Shown in pieces: positions 36,901 to 48,760 of a stretch of 64,000 nucleotides of DNA. The notes below the pieces were generated by a model, which saw only the letters and a list, made by a program, of their open reading frames with translations, searched no databases and had not been told where the DNA came from. The position numbers were made by a program, and so were the translations under genes. Source of the DNA: Iphione sp. A-MEVVRFRX5 (Eukaryota); contig OZ320323.1 in assembly GCA_976226885.1 (NCBI GenBank), positions 5,208,001 through 5,272,000 on the forward strand, in the 5' to 3' direction. Positions within the stretch are counted from its first letter, which is position 1; every line of letters starts with the position of its first letter.

Positions 36901-38459
36901 TCCTCTCTGAAGCTGACTACAGTTATCCAACCACATCCCCGGCTAATCGTTTAGGGATGCGGTTGGATGACCACGGTAAAGAGTTAATTATATCATACAA
37001 AGACACGATGCATAGTAGGTTGTTAAATGTAGCGGAATCCAGTGAGCATTCACAGGGCAAATCATTACTACACACTACCTAAATAGAGAAAACACATGAA
37101 CATGGGGATACATGCAAAAACGTGTTGTGAAGCTTTACATAGACAGCAGCTGACTTAGCAGCATGGGGAGGGAAGCCAGAGCAGAAGCAGATGAGTGAGG
37201 ATGTGAGTCGGTCCTTGAGAGGCTCACACATAAAGCTCACACACAAAGAAGGCCCTCAACCTACATGTACAGTGAAGGGGAGAGAGTACACCTATGAGTA
37301 CAGATCTACGGGTATACAAGGACTGGGCACTGGGAGGACGGCTACAGCCAAGATTGAAAGACCATGCAAAGTGTGTCTGTGGGTGATACTTTGAAACCCT
37401 TAAAATGAAATGTCTTAAAATGAGAGCAGGGAACGGTAACCTAGTGTCCCCCCTCCTTTCAGAGGCCCCATCTCCGAAGGCCAGAATGAAGAGGAGAAGG
37501 AGGAGGAGGAGGAGGAGTTTGCTGCAAGAAGCTGTAAAGCGACTGATAAAAGAAAGTATACCTGCTTCTTGACTACCGGTCCCCAAGGGATCGACTGAAA
37601 AGGGTATACATAAAAGGTGTGCCTCACCTTAATCGTATTATTATTATGTGATATGAAATGAGGATTTTATGTAAATGAGAAGACCTGGCATGTAGATACG
37701 CGAGTGCTGCAGGCACCTACTCTATGGCACTGCAGTCCCATAAACATACATAAAACAAACCAACCGATAGGGGTACTTTATGTAAATAAGAAGACCTGGC
37801 ATGGAGATATGCTGGTGCTGCACATGCCTACTCTATGGCACTGCAGTCACATAAACATACAAACATAGAACAAACCAACTGCTAGGGGTACTCTATTCAC
37901 ATGATCTACCAACAAAAGCGTGCTGTTAGATAGTCACTTCAAACAAATGCTTATTACAGGTCTGGATGTACAGAGAGTGGGTACAAGGAGGAGGGGGAGG
38001 AGGTGATAATAGGGGCAATGGACTTTATAATCAAGTCGCCATGTTTGTGTGGATAGCTGGACATTTTATAAAACGTTTATCTTAACAACGGCACAGAGCG
38101 CCTGTTCCACAGGGAGGCCTTACATGTGTATAAATGAGGATGATTTTATCAAAATGAATAACCATCTCATGATGCGACACAGCAAATGAACAAAAAAACT
38201 AATCTTCCAATGCCCAAAATTACTAACAAACGGAACATGGCTTTCAATAGGGGTGATAGACTGAGCAATTAGTAGATGAATGAGAGGGTACAACAATATT
38301 GACTGTAGCTAATGAAACAGGAATAAAAGAATAAGGTCTTTCTGAGCATGACATTCTATGATACATGTGGCAATGACCTGAGGCCACTGCCAAATGATCA
38401 TCACATATAGACATATATGAAGGTGTAATACTCAGCCTTTCCATCTAAACTTATCATGA

Positions 38460-38985
38460 TGAAACTACCTTGAATTATGTAATCACAGAGGTGGAGGTCA
38501 GTATGATGTGAAGGTCATTCTATTGTACAAGAGGTACAAGGCCTCTACACCCTTTTCATTGGAAGTGTAGAGGTGTACTCAATCTAGCCGGAGCCATGTC
38601 ATCACAGATGTGGAGGTCAGTGTGGCCAGTGTACCAGTGGTGCGAGGTCTTCACTATGTTCTACATCAAGATGTGGAGGTGGTTCTGAACCTACCTTGAG
38701 CCATGTTATCACAGATGTGGAGGTTACTGTGACCAGTGTACCAGTGGTGCAAGGTCTTTAATACCTTCTACATCAGGATGTGGAGGTCATTCTGAACCTA
38801 CCTGGAGCCATGTTGTCAAAGATGTGGAGGTCATTGTGGCCAGTGTACCAGTGGTGCAAAGTATCTACAACCTCATAATTGGAAGTGTGGTGGTATTCAG
38901 AACTTACCTGGAGCCATATCATCACAGAGGTGGAGGTCAACGCGGCCAGTGTACAAGTGGTACGAGGTCTCTACAACCTCATACT
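38460..38985 (-). repeat. ~105-110 bp tandem x4-5 copying the exon 9 end plus donor
   Basis: acctacctggagccatg..atcacagatgtggaggtca..gtggccagtgtac recurs and matches the exon. Confidence 0.85.
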
Positions 38986-39109
38986 TGGAGAATAGCTTGG
39001 CCATAGCGTTCTGACTCTTGGTTCCTGTACGTTGTTGTTGCTGCTGTTGTTGTTGTTGTTGATGCTGTTGCTGCCGAACTGCTTGGTTGGCTATTGAAGG
39101 TCCCTGAGC
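38908..39109 (-). CDS. BLTP3: BLTP3 exon 9 (poly-Q; VETSYHLYTGRVDLHLCDDMAP)
   Basis: tttcag| ... G|gtaagt, 202 nt, phase 0 to 1. Confidence 0.92.
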
Positions 39110-39889
39110 CTGAAACAACAGTGGTCCATACAAATACAGCTACTGAACTACGAGTACATACACACAAACATATACATATATACAGTTTATCATATGTACA
39201 TGAATTTACATTGGTTCCACCCAAAACCAATGACCTTGTAATAGACAATACAGCTTAACCTACTGATCTATTGGGCAACCAAACTTGCAAAACGTGATTA
39301 AAATGTTTTCACAACGAACAAATCCGTTAAAACTAACCAAATCATCATCAGCAGAAAACATCAGTCACAGAGGGGCAACTGTGAGCTGGAAAAGTGTCTG
39401 TGCTTTCGTTTGTCTAGTGAACAATGTGCTGACATGATTCAAGATAAGCTGATAACAGGCGAAGAATTGACAACCTCAGAGAAACATGTGTAATGCTAAA
39501 TATGCGCCGATTCCTACCGCAATCTGTAACGCTAACACTCTTCAAAACACTTTCTTTGTAAGAGGCCTACGAAATGATATATATTCTTCAATTGATTTCA
39601 GTATAAATGAACACTAACTCTCCTTCTATGACGCAGTCTTCCACTGCACAGTATTTTACAAAACAAACAACTTAAGAGAAGATTTACGCTTACTACTTGA
39701 ATATTCCCCTTGAGTTAATCAATAGATATTTGAACTAGACATAAAAAAATTTTAATTGTTACAGTTTATATAAACATTCAATTAGCTTTGACAAGCATTT
39801 GTTTCCAGCGCATAGGAAGTAAACAGTCTCTGTCAAGTGTGCATGCATGACAGTGCTGAATAGGCAAATATGGTTAAGGTAGGAGAGAG

Positions 39890-40055
39890 CAGGGAACACA
39901 CCTTGGGCTTCTCAATCGGCGAATTTGGTTAAAGCAGGAGAGAGGAACGCACCTTGAGCTTCTAAAGAGGTGAATATAGGAAGTGAGAGAGGAACACACC
40001 TTTTCAAAAGACAAATATGGTTAAAGTAGGAGAGACACACACCTTAAGCTTCTCA
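39890..40055 (-). repeat. ~45-50 bp tandem x4 copying the exon 8 end plus donor
   Basis: AAG|gtgtgt or AAG|gtgcgt at 40042, about 39999, 39952 and 39901. Confidence 0.75.
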
Positions 40056-40206
40056 GTAGCTCTCAACTTTGCTTGATGGGATGATTTTTGAATGACTTCT
40101 TTCAATGAGTTGGCAAAAACAATGGCTGCCTTGAGTTGCGAGTCAGTCAGCACCCACAGGAGGTCGTCTAGGTTGAACTGTACACGGGACGCCACCATGC
40201 CGCAGT
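40043..40206 (-). CDS. BLTP3: BLTP3 exon 8 (DCGMVASR...LDDLLWVLTDSQLKA...EKLK)
   Basis: tatcag| ... AAG|gtgtgt, 164 nt, phase 1 to 0. Confidence 0.93.
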
Positions 40207-40376
40207 CTGATAGATAAAGATAAGATTACTCAACAGTAATGCAGGTGCAGTTTAAACATGAGAGCTCATCAACTAGTCTTTCTCAATGATGATGCGGTTT
40301 GGGTTTGAATACAAGTGCTCATCAGCTAGTCTTTACTCAACAGTAATGCACTTTTAGTTTAAGTACAAAAGCTTAC

Positions 40377-40614
40377 CAGCTAGTCTTTTCTTAATGGTGA
40401 TGCGAGTCTTGCTCTGATTTGCTATAAGCCTCAATGGTGTGGTGGCCAGCGCTGGGTCGGATGCATCAAGCGCATTTGCCTCAATTCGAAGCGTCTGCCA
40501 CTCTGCCTCCTTGAAGATGAGGATCTCCCCCCTCAGTTCGTCCTTGACCCTTGTCAGACGCAGGTCAGCCAGCTGCCAGAGCGGCGTCTTACTCTGCACA
40601 ATGATGCGTGAGAT
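40377..40614 (-). CDS. BLTP3: BLTP3 exon 7 (ISRIIVQS...KKRLA)
   Basis: ttgcag| ... G|gtaagc, 238 nt, phase 0 to 1. Confidence 0.93.
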
Positions 40615-40986
40615 CTGCAACAAGAAGGGGCATAGACACGGCAATGAGGAAATGGAACCCAAAGCAGACGAAAAAAAACATAATTACCTATTAAGAACAC
40701 TTGAAAAAACAGCATCCCATTAAAGTACGTGTACGGAAAAGACGCCTGCAAAAGAGTGCGACTTATATTAAAGAAAACTAGAATGATAACAGTAACTAAG
40801 GGGAACGCAGTTCTTTCCGCACGCAGCGTCTAAACATGGCGACCTCCCGACAATCAGTAACAGTAATAAAGGTTGTTATATCCCGTATAAATCATTTTAC
40901 AGTCATTAAAAGGACAGTTACATGCCGAACTTACGATACATGGCGCCCCCTGGTAATGGGAGGGAGAGATCGGATGGCCTAGTTAC

Positions 40987-41095
40987 CTGGATAGAGGCCT
41001 GGAAGGTCGGGGCCTTGAAGTTCACGACGACCGAGTTGATGGAGACGAACATTCCGTCGATGATACGCTCAGCGAAGCCGTATTTCCCTCCAGTA
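40987..41095 (-). CDS. BLTP3: BLTP3 exon 6 (TGGKYGFAERIIDG...QASIQ)
   Basis: gccag| ... CAG|gtaact, 109 nt, phase 2 to 0, YGFAE motif. Confidence 0.93.
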
Positions 41096-42739
41096 CTGGC
41101 AGCAGAGGAAGATTACATGTATATCATAATATATCTCACAGGCTTCAAGCGAGGAGCCAGTGTAAACGATGCTCCTGAACCTTATCTCACCTCTATGTGG
41201 TATGGTCGACTGTGTAACACACTGTTAGGGTGACTAGTACAGAACTGTATACCACACTCTTGGGGTGATTGGTACAGAACCACACTCAGCCTCCAAACAG
41301 AACAAAATCATGCAAATTTGGCTGAAAAAAAACGACAAAACTCATGCAAATTCGGTCAACACACTTCATGTCCCATAATTTATGAGGTTAGACCACAATA
41401 TGACCAAAACCACGAGTGCCACCACTTGAGCTTGGAACGGAGGTGTGGTTGCAAACTGTACATTATTAACTATAACTGTGCCATCAGTACAATATACTCT
41501 ACATTTTTTTTCACGCAAAATTAGGGTGAGATGAAAGTAATACTGGTGTGCTTACATTGCTCTTCATGCTTGGGAGCTTATCTGGCTGTAGCCCACGAGG
41601 CTTCATGCAGTACAGCCAAATGAGCACCCAACCATGAACCACCACTCCATGGTGGTATTCTATGAATAGCAAGGCTACTCGATGGGGGTAGCGATGGTCT
41701 GTTCATTGTTAAATCTTGCTTTGTAAGCCTCACTGACACACACATATATATATATATATATAAATGTATATAATTTCGTAAATATACAATAACAGGGCAT
41801 CAGCAAGGCTGGGTCTCAGCCACTGTTGTACTAATAACAATGACAGTATTATATTTAATATTACAGTATACTGTATATGAAAATATTTTGACATACCAAA
41901 TGTTACACTGATCAATATTGATTTTATCATATGTAGTCCGTATATAATGGTGTATCATGTCTCGGTAGAAGAAAGGACAAGGAGACTGTAACCCTCCACT
42001 CTTTAACCGATACTGTAAGAAGAGTGACAGATGGAGAAATAAATACACTACAATGTACATTCGACACTAAAACAATACGAAGAGATCTGTACCAAAAAAA
42101 GAGTGGGGGGAGGCACTAGGTCTAATGGGGTAATTTACTGATCGTCCCTTTGCATAATGGCGTCAAATGATACTATGAGACGTTCTACTAGGTAGCGTGG
42201 AAGGCTTCCGCTACGACAGCGTCACTGTGACGTCATTGCGCAATGGGTTGAACTGATATAAAGTACATGGATTTAACGTTCATGAGCATTTGACATCTAC
42301 GCTAGACCAAAATGACGAGCTGTTATGTAAGGCTCACCGTGTGTTAGTGACAGGAAACTTACAAGGGGGAGAGTGGGACGGGTTTGGCAGTGGGTATGAC
42401 TGACAGAGGGCAAACCGTAACGGGTACAGAGTAAGAACGAGCCACAAAGACCAACGTTCAACAGACTTACTAACAACATGCTTTAGAAGCTAAAAAAAAA
42501 CAAGCCCTGACACTCAACTAAGGAACTAAAATATCCAAAGTAAATCAGCCCTTAAAAACCCGGGTTCTCCTAGGGAATACTACTGGACAGACGATCGTAT
42601 GAAAACAGCCTCTAACGCATACGATTAGTAACGGTTTATTCCTCCTAATTTAATAAATCTAAAAAATCTAATACGTTCCAAAACAGGTTCTCGGGGTGGG
42701 ACTAAAGGAATGCACTCACCTCTACTGGATGAGTGCATG

Positions 42740-42990
42740 ACCTCCAACACAAGGATTATGAGCCATAACGAAACCGACCAGTCTGTCTGTCCATGACTCC
42801 TGGACCTCCAACACAAGGACATGAGTCATAACGAAACCAAGCAGTCTGTCTCTCCATGACTCCAGGACCTCCAACACAAGGACATGAGTCATAACGAAAC
42901 CAACCAGTCTGTCTCTCCATGACTCCTGGACCTCCAACACAAGGATGCAAGTTGTAATGAAACCGACCAGTCCATCTCTCCAGGACTTCT
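42740..42990. repeat. 63-bp tandem x ~4
   Basis: gacctccaacacaaggacatgagtcataacgaaacc recurs. Confidence 0.85.
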
Positions 42991-43379
42991 GGACGACTCA
43001 GCCGCCAATACAACTCAATGTCTCAGTGATCGGAGTGAGTCTATCTGTGAGCAGCTCTTACATGTGACAGCCCTGGCGGCCACAGCTCTAGACATGGAGA
43101 GAGCAATCCATGTAAAAACAAACGAATCTGCCTAAAAGTAAGAACTGTTTAGAATTTCACACTACGTGAATGGTGGTGTGCCATCATGGGAGACATGGGT
43201 CTAAAACAACTTTATATTTTAGTTTTTTATGAGGAGTTGAGACAGACTGCTGGCTACGCACTGAGACTGTGAACGGGACCCGCACCCAAACCAACACCCA
43301 CACCCACACCCACACACACACATACACTATCCATGCACAAAGGGACAAGACGAGAACTAGTGCTGCCTCTCCTGTTTAC

Positions 43380-43418
43380 CTTGCTGCGGCGTCAGGCGGC
43401 GGGGCGGCGGATCCAGCA
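43380..43418 (-). CDS. BLTP3: BLTP3 exon 5, symmetric micro-exon (S-AGSAAPPPDAAA), possibly a cassette
   Basis: ctttctttaaccccag| ... AG|gtaaac, 39 nt, phase 2-2, GC-rich and open; skipping it keeps the frame. Confidence 0.7.
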
Positions 43419-43724
43419 CTGGGGTTAAAGAAAGCGACCGTCACTCAGGGTCTTCATCCCTACAGCTCTCCCACCCACCCCCTCCCCCCAATACTCAATA
43501 ATAGTTATAGTGACACTTATAAACCCCATCTTGAAATGAATAATAAGGACAGTCACGAAAACATGTCTGAATGGTCTGCCAACAGCCATTCAGTCAAGCG
43601 GAACTAATTTGTTCTAGCTGAATGAGCACACTATGACATAGCTACATGCCTTGGAATTTCCAATCTGCTTGTCTGTGTACTGGAAAGGAGAAAGTCTACT
43701 GAAATACATTAATTTGACCTTTAA

Positions 43725-43908
43725 ATTACTGGAAATGAGCAGAAATAAGCCAGTGCCATGTGCCCATGTAAGATGAACATCATATGGAAAATTCAGCTCA
43801 TTTGACTGGAGGGCATTGAAGTTTTAAGACCCGCAAGGTTGGGAAGGAAGGTCGGCTGGTTGCATAGCAGAATTCCTAAGCCCACCCCCCAAATAAGGTG
43901 GGGAACAA
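43725..43908 (+). mobile_element. Dispersed repeat copy C, same family
   Basis: aaatgagcagaaataagccagt...aaggtcgg...cccacc..ggtggggaacaat. Confidence 0.5.
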
Positions 43909-44089
43909 TGACAGTTACAGCTCCTCCTGTTTCCCTTCCTAAATACTAATACTAAATCTACCTATGCCATACAGAACAGATATTAGTTGATGTAATATAA
44001 CGTGTTGGTTAATACGGTATTAATTATATAAGAATTAAGTAAAACCTCTTTAGCGAGATCATTATGACTATTTAAATATTTACGTGTAC

Positions 44090-44560
44090 ATCTGTATTGA
44101 CATAGTGTCACTCACACCCCAACCCTTACCTGACCCTATATACAAGTACACCTGTATTGACATAGTATCATTCACACCCCACCCCTTATCTGTCCTTATA
44201 TACAAGTAAACCTGTATTGACATAGTGTCACTTGCACGCTGCCCCTTACCTATGCATATATACAAGTACACCTGTATTGACACAGTGCCACTCACACACT
44301 GCCCCTTACCTGTCCCTGTACATATGTATACCTGTACTGACATAGTGCCACTCACACGCTGCCCCTTACCTGTCCCTGTACATATGTATACCTGTACTGA
44401 CATAGTGCCACTCACACGCTGCCCCTTACCTGTCCCTGTACATATGTATACCTGTACTGACATAGTGCCATTTACACGCTGCCCCTTACCTAACCCTATA
44501 TACATGCATATGTACCCCTGTATTGACATGGTGTTATCCAGACGCTGCCTCTTACCTGTA
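44090..44560 (-). repeat. 60-bp tandem x8 starting at the exon 4 donor
   Basis: AG|gtaagg recurs every 60 nt. Confidence 0.88.
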
Positions 44561-44638
44561 GCTGGAGAGGTTGGAAACGTTGCACGGCTGGCGGGGGATG
44601 TCACACGTCTCCATGTCCACAACAATCTCATCAAGGTA
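44556..44638 (-). CDS. BLTP3: BLTP3 exon 4 (YLDEIVVDMETCDIPR...)
   Basis: gacag| ... AG|gtaaga, 83 nt, phase 0 to 2. Confidence 0.9.
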
Positions 44639-44734
44639 CTGTCAAATCAATACAAAAACATGAACACATTAAAAGAATCAGACATACTGATGCAGAAATT
44701 CACCGTAATCTGGAGGTTTTGCTTATGCACTTTG

Positions 44735-45160
44735 AATCACTAGGAAAGTATGGGTATGTACTTTGCATTACAAGGCGGGTTGAAGTATGTATTTTGAATC
44801 AACAGGAGGGTATGGGTAGGTACTTTGCATTGCAAGGCAGGTTCGAATATGTACTAAGTTTGAATCACTAGGAGGGTATGGGCAGGTACTTAAAATCGCA
44901 GTGTGGGTTCAAGTTTGTACTTTGAATCACTAGGAGGGTATGGGCAGGTACTTTAAATCACAGTGCGGGTGCAAGTTTGTACTTTGAATCAATAGGAGGG
45001 TATGGGCAGGTACTTTAAATCACACTGTGGGTTCAAGTTTGTACTTTGAATCAATAGGAGGGTATGGGCAGGTACTTTCATTCACAAGGTGGGTTCAAGT
45101 ATGTACTTTGAATCACTACTAGGAGGGCATGAGTTCAAGTATGTACTTTGAATCCCCAGG
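44735..45160. repeat. ~60-bp tandem x ~7
   Basis: tttgaatcactaggagggtatgggcaggtacttt recurs. Confidence 0.85.
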
Positions 45161-45246
45161 CAGATATGGAATGAAGCTACTTATACTCTACCCTCCAGTT
45201 ACTACAATCTCCACCTAAACACAGTAAGAAATGTTCCGTGACTTAC

Positions 45247-45285
45247 CAGACAAATTGGCTGGGCTTTCAATCGGGTCCACTGGAT
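45247..45285 (-). CDS. BLTP3: BLTP3 exon 3 (IQWTRLKAQPICL)
   Basis: tacag| ... CTG|gtaagt, 39 nt, matches recalled family motif IPWTKLKTHPICL. Confidence 0.93.
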
Positions 45286-45759
45286 CTGTAAGCAGTTGAT
45301 TAAATTTGTGTAAAAAACACGGAGAAAAATGGTTGACTTGTATAACAAAATATTAATGATGATGACTAGCGGACAGAATGGTGGAGTGGATAACCATGAC
45401 AACAATACAAACGATTCAGCGCAGATCCACTCCACTGTAAAAAAAGGGGGAATTAACTTGGTCACACAGCGCCAGGGTTAAAGGCCTGAATAAGAAATAA
45501 CCCTCTGCCTATTGACCGTACGTACATTGACACTAGCACGCACTGGTTACTGGGTGAATACCTACCCCCCCCCCTCCCCCCACCCATCCCACCTGCGAAC
45601 CTGCTGCTCATATGAAGGGGTATCCAGGTCAATGATGGGGGGTGAGGGGGTGAGGGAGGGGTGAAGGTAGGTAAAGGGGCGGGGGGTTGAGGGAGGGGTG
45701 AAGGTAGGTAAGGGGGAGGGGGGGCTTGCTCTACTACTGGGGTGGCGAGCTTGTGTTAA

Positions 45760-45990
45760 CTCACATCGAGGACGATTCATGAGCCGCTGGAGTAACTCGA
45801 GCCTGGCTGAGCTGCTCGACGGTGACAGCCGGCCAGAGCTGACGCCAGTCACATGACCGTGGTAACTAATGAGTGGCGGCGCCATGGCTACTGTTCGCCT
45901 AAATTACATGTTTTATTTATACGCGCAGCGTTCGGCCGGATGGGTGGACCGTAGAACGTGGGGCGGGGAATGAAATCTCCCAATAAACAG
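45760..45990. promoter_or_regulatory. CpG-rich intronic promoter-like patch (E/M-box GTCACATGAC 45848-45857, GC box about 45960-45968, donor CGAT|gtgagt at 45764)
   Basis: Motif content and CpG density relative to the flanking intron. Confidence 0.4.
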
Positions 45991-46739
45991 ACTACGACCG
46001 GAACAGTGAGACACACAGAACATCGGCAGCTTATTTAATCAAACCTTCACGGGGTGTTAACGCTTTCATCGCTAATAGTCGCCCACTTGTAGGTTCTGCA
46101 TACTCTCACAGATCAGATGTCGTCTTCACCTCTGACTCTATCCTCTAACAGTATAAATATTACTAAATGGATGAGAGGCAGAGCTGCGCTTTGGAAGGAT
46201 TCACCAGTATTCCGTCACAGGTTAGGTCAGGTAGAAATTGGCATGATATGTCAGGCTGGCCGGGCCTATCCCCTAATGTCACCATACCGACTGTGTGACA
46301 ACTGTATCATCGACTACTTGTATGGTTGTATTATGTCTAACTCACCAACTCATTTATTCACCCATTCATTCATTTATTCATTCAATCATTCACTCACACC
46401 CTAGATTACTCGTCCGCTCATTCGTCATCTCACACATTAACTCACTCACACTCACGGACTCACTCCTACAGTGAGGTATTCATTCACTCACTATTTATAC
46501 TCATTCATCCACTCACTCATTGATTTTGTCACTCTTTTGCCCAGTCATTCATTCACCCACTGACTCACTAACTCACTTATTCATCCACTACCTATTCACT
46601 CACTTACCCACTGAGTCTCTGTCTGACTCGCCCACTTACTGACTGGCAGTAGGCGCAGTGCTGTTGAGTTGTGTTAGCTATGAATTGTTCTGTTAAGAGG
46701 TGGGGACTGGAGTGGTCTGGTGGAGAGTTTGCCTGAGTG

Positions 46740-47470
46740 AAAGCAGCCCCTGACAGCCACTCCTGACAGTAGCGTGCGACACCGTCAGTATGAAAGGTGC
46801 CCTAGGGTGTCACTGCCTGACACCCACTCCCAACAGTAGCACACTGCACCTTCACTATATGAAAGCAGCCCCTGGTGTCGCTGCCTGACAGCCACTCCCA
46901 ACAGTAGTGTGCCGCACTGTCAGTATGAAAGCAGCCCCTGGCTGTTGCTGCCTGACACCCACTCCCAACAGTAGTGTGCTGCACTGTCAGTATGAAAGCA
47001 GCCCCTGGCTGTCACTGCCTGACAGCCACTCCCAACAGTAGTGTGCCGCACTGTCAGTATGAAAGCAGACCCTGCTGTCGCTGCCTGACAGCCACTCCCA
47101 ACAGTAGTGTGCCGCACTGTCAGTATGAAAGCAGCCCCTGGTGTCGCTGCCTGACAGCCACTCCCAACAGTAGTGTGCCGCACTGTCAGTATGAAAGCAG
47201 CCCCTGGCTGTCGCTGCCTGACAGCTACTCCTCACAGTAGTGTGCCGCACCTTCAGTATGAAAGCAGCCCCTGGGTGTCACTGCCTGACACCCCCTTCCA
47301 ACAGCAGCACACGGCACCTTCACTATATGAAAGCAGCCCCTGGTGTCACTGCTTGACAGCCACTCCCGACAGTAGTGTGCCGCACTGTCAGTATGAAAGC
47401 AGCCCCCCGGGTGTCTCTGCCTGACAGCTACTCCTCCCAGTAGTGTGCCGCACTGTCAGTATGAATAGCT
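46740..47470. repeat. ~66-bp tandem x ~11
   Basis: cagtatgaaagcagcccctgg..gctgcctgacagccactcccaacagtagtgtgccgcactgt recurs. Confidence 0.9.
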
Positions 47471-47831
47471 GCTGACATCGATACTACTCCTTCTCACAAC
47501 TTAGGTATTTCCTCTTAGGTATTTCCATATCTCTCCTGAAATCATCTCCACACATATCAAATGATACACTACATATTCAGTCCAAATACGTGCTGACTTC
47601 GACATTGTCCCTCATCACTTCTCTGTACTTGGCGAGTCTCTCCACAAATCAAGTCCTGCCCCAACAGTAGCATGCTGCACTTTCAGTATGAATAGCTGCT
47701 AATATCCATAATGCTTATCAGGTTTTAGCGGTTTTTAGTCTCTCCTGGAACAGACTCCATGTGGGTGTGAAAAAAAACCCAGCCTATAAATTCTACATGA
47801 GGATCAGCAGCAATATCATATACATGTAAAT

Positions 47832-48760
47832 GTGAGTCAACCTGTGGAGATCAGGACTGGTTTAAATGATACAAATCAGAACCCACTTGTGAAGATCGGG
47901 ACCGGTATAAATGATACAAATCAGAACCAACCTGTGGAGATCAGGACCGGTTTAAATGATACAAATCAGAACCCACTTGTGAAGATCGGGACCGGTTTAA
48001 ATGATATAAATCAGAACCAACTTGTGAAGATCGGGACCAACATAAATGATACAAATCAGAACCAACCTGTGAAGATCGGGACCAACATAAATGATACAAA
48101 TCAGAACCAACTTGTGGAGATCAGGACCGGTATAAATGATACAAATCAGAACCAACCTGTGAAGATTGCGACCAATATAAATGATACAAATCAGAACCCA
48201 CTTGTGAAGATCGGGACCGGTTTAAATGATACAAATCAGAACCAACCTGTGGAGATCAGGACCGGTTTAAATGATACAAATCAGAACCCACTTGTGAAGA
48301 TCGGGACCAGTTTAAATGATATAAATCAGAACCAACTTGTGAAGATCAGGACCAACATAAATGATACAAATCAGAACCAACCTGTGAAGATCGGGACCAA
48401 CATAAATGATACAAATCAGAACCAACTTGTGGAGATCAGGACCGGTATAAATGATACAAATCAGAACCAACCTGTGAAGATTGCGACCAATATAAATGAT
48501 ACAAATCAGAACCCACTTGTGAGGATTGGGACCGGTTTAAATGATACAAATCAGAACCAACTTGTGAAGATCGGGACCGGTATAAATGATATAAATCAGA
48601 ACCAACTTGTGGAGATCGGGACCAGTATAAATGATACAAATCAGAACCAAACTGTAATGATTGTGAAGCATCAAAGACAAAAATCCAGTCAGAACAACTC
48701 TCTGATGATTGGGACCGGTATGGATGATTCAAATCAGGACCAACCTGTAATAATTGGGGC
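47832..48760 (+). repeat. 45-bp tandem x ~19-20 with a 7-unit higher-order repeat; stop-free on the + strand
   Basis: ORF 47832..48791, unit NDTNQNQ(P/L)V(K/E)I(G/R)T(G/N)(I/L). Confidence 0.9.

Noticed and set aside
42715-43060. Exon made of the 63-bp repeat ending at a strong donor GAG|gtgagt (about 42719)
   Set aside because: The host intron needs phase 2 and that frame has TAG just before the donor; at most a poison exon, with no clear acceptor.
46740-47470. Cys/His-rich repeat protein on either strand
   Set aside because: Unit-length variation shifts frames repeatedly; plain minisatellite.
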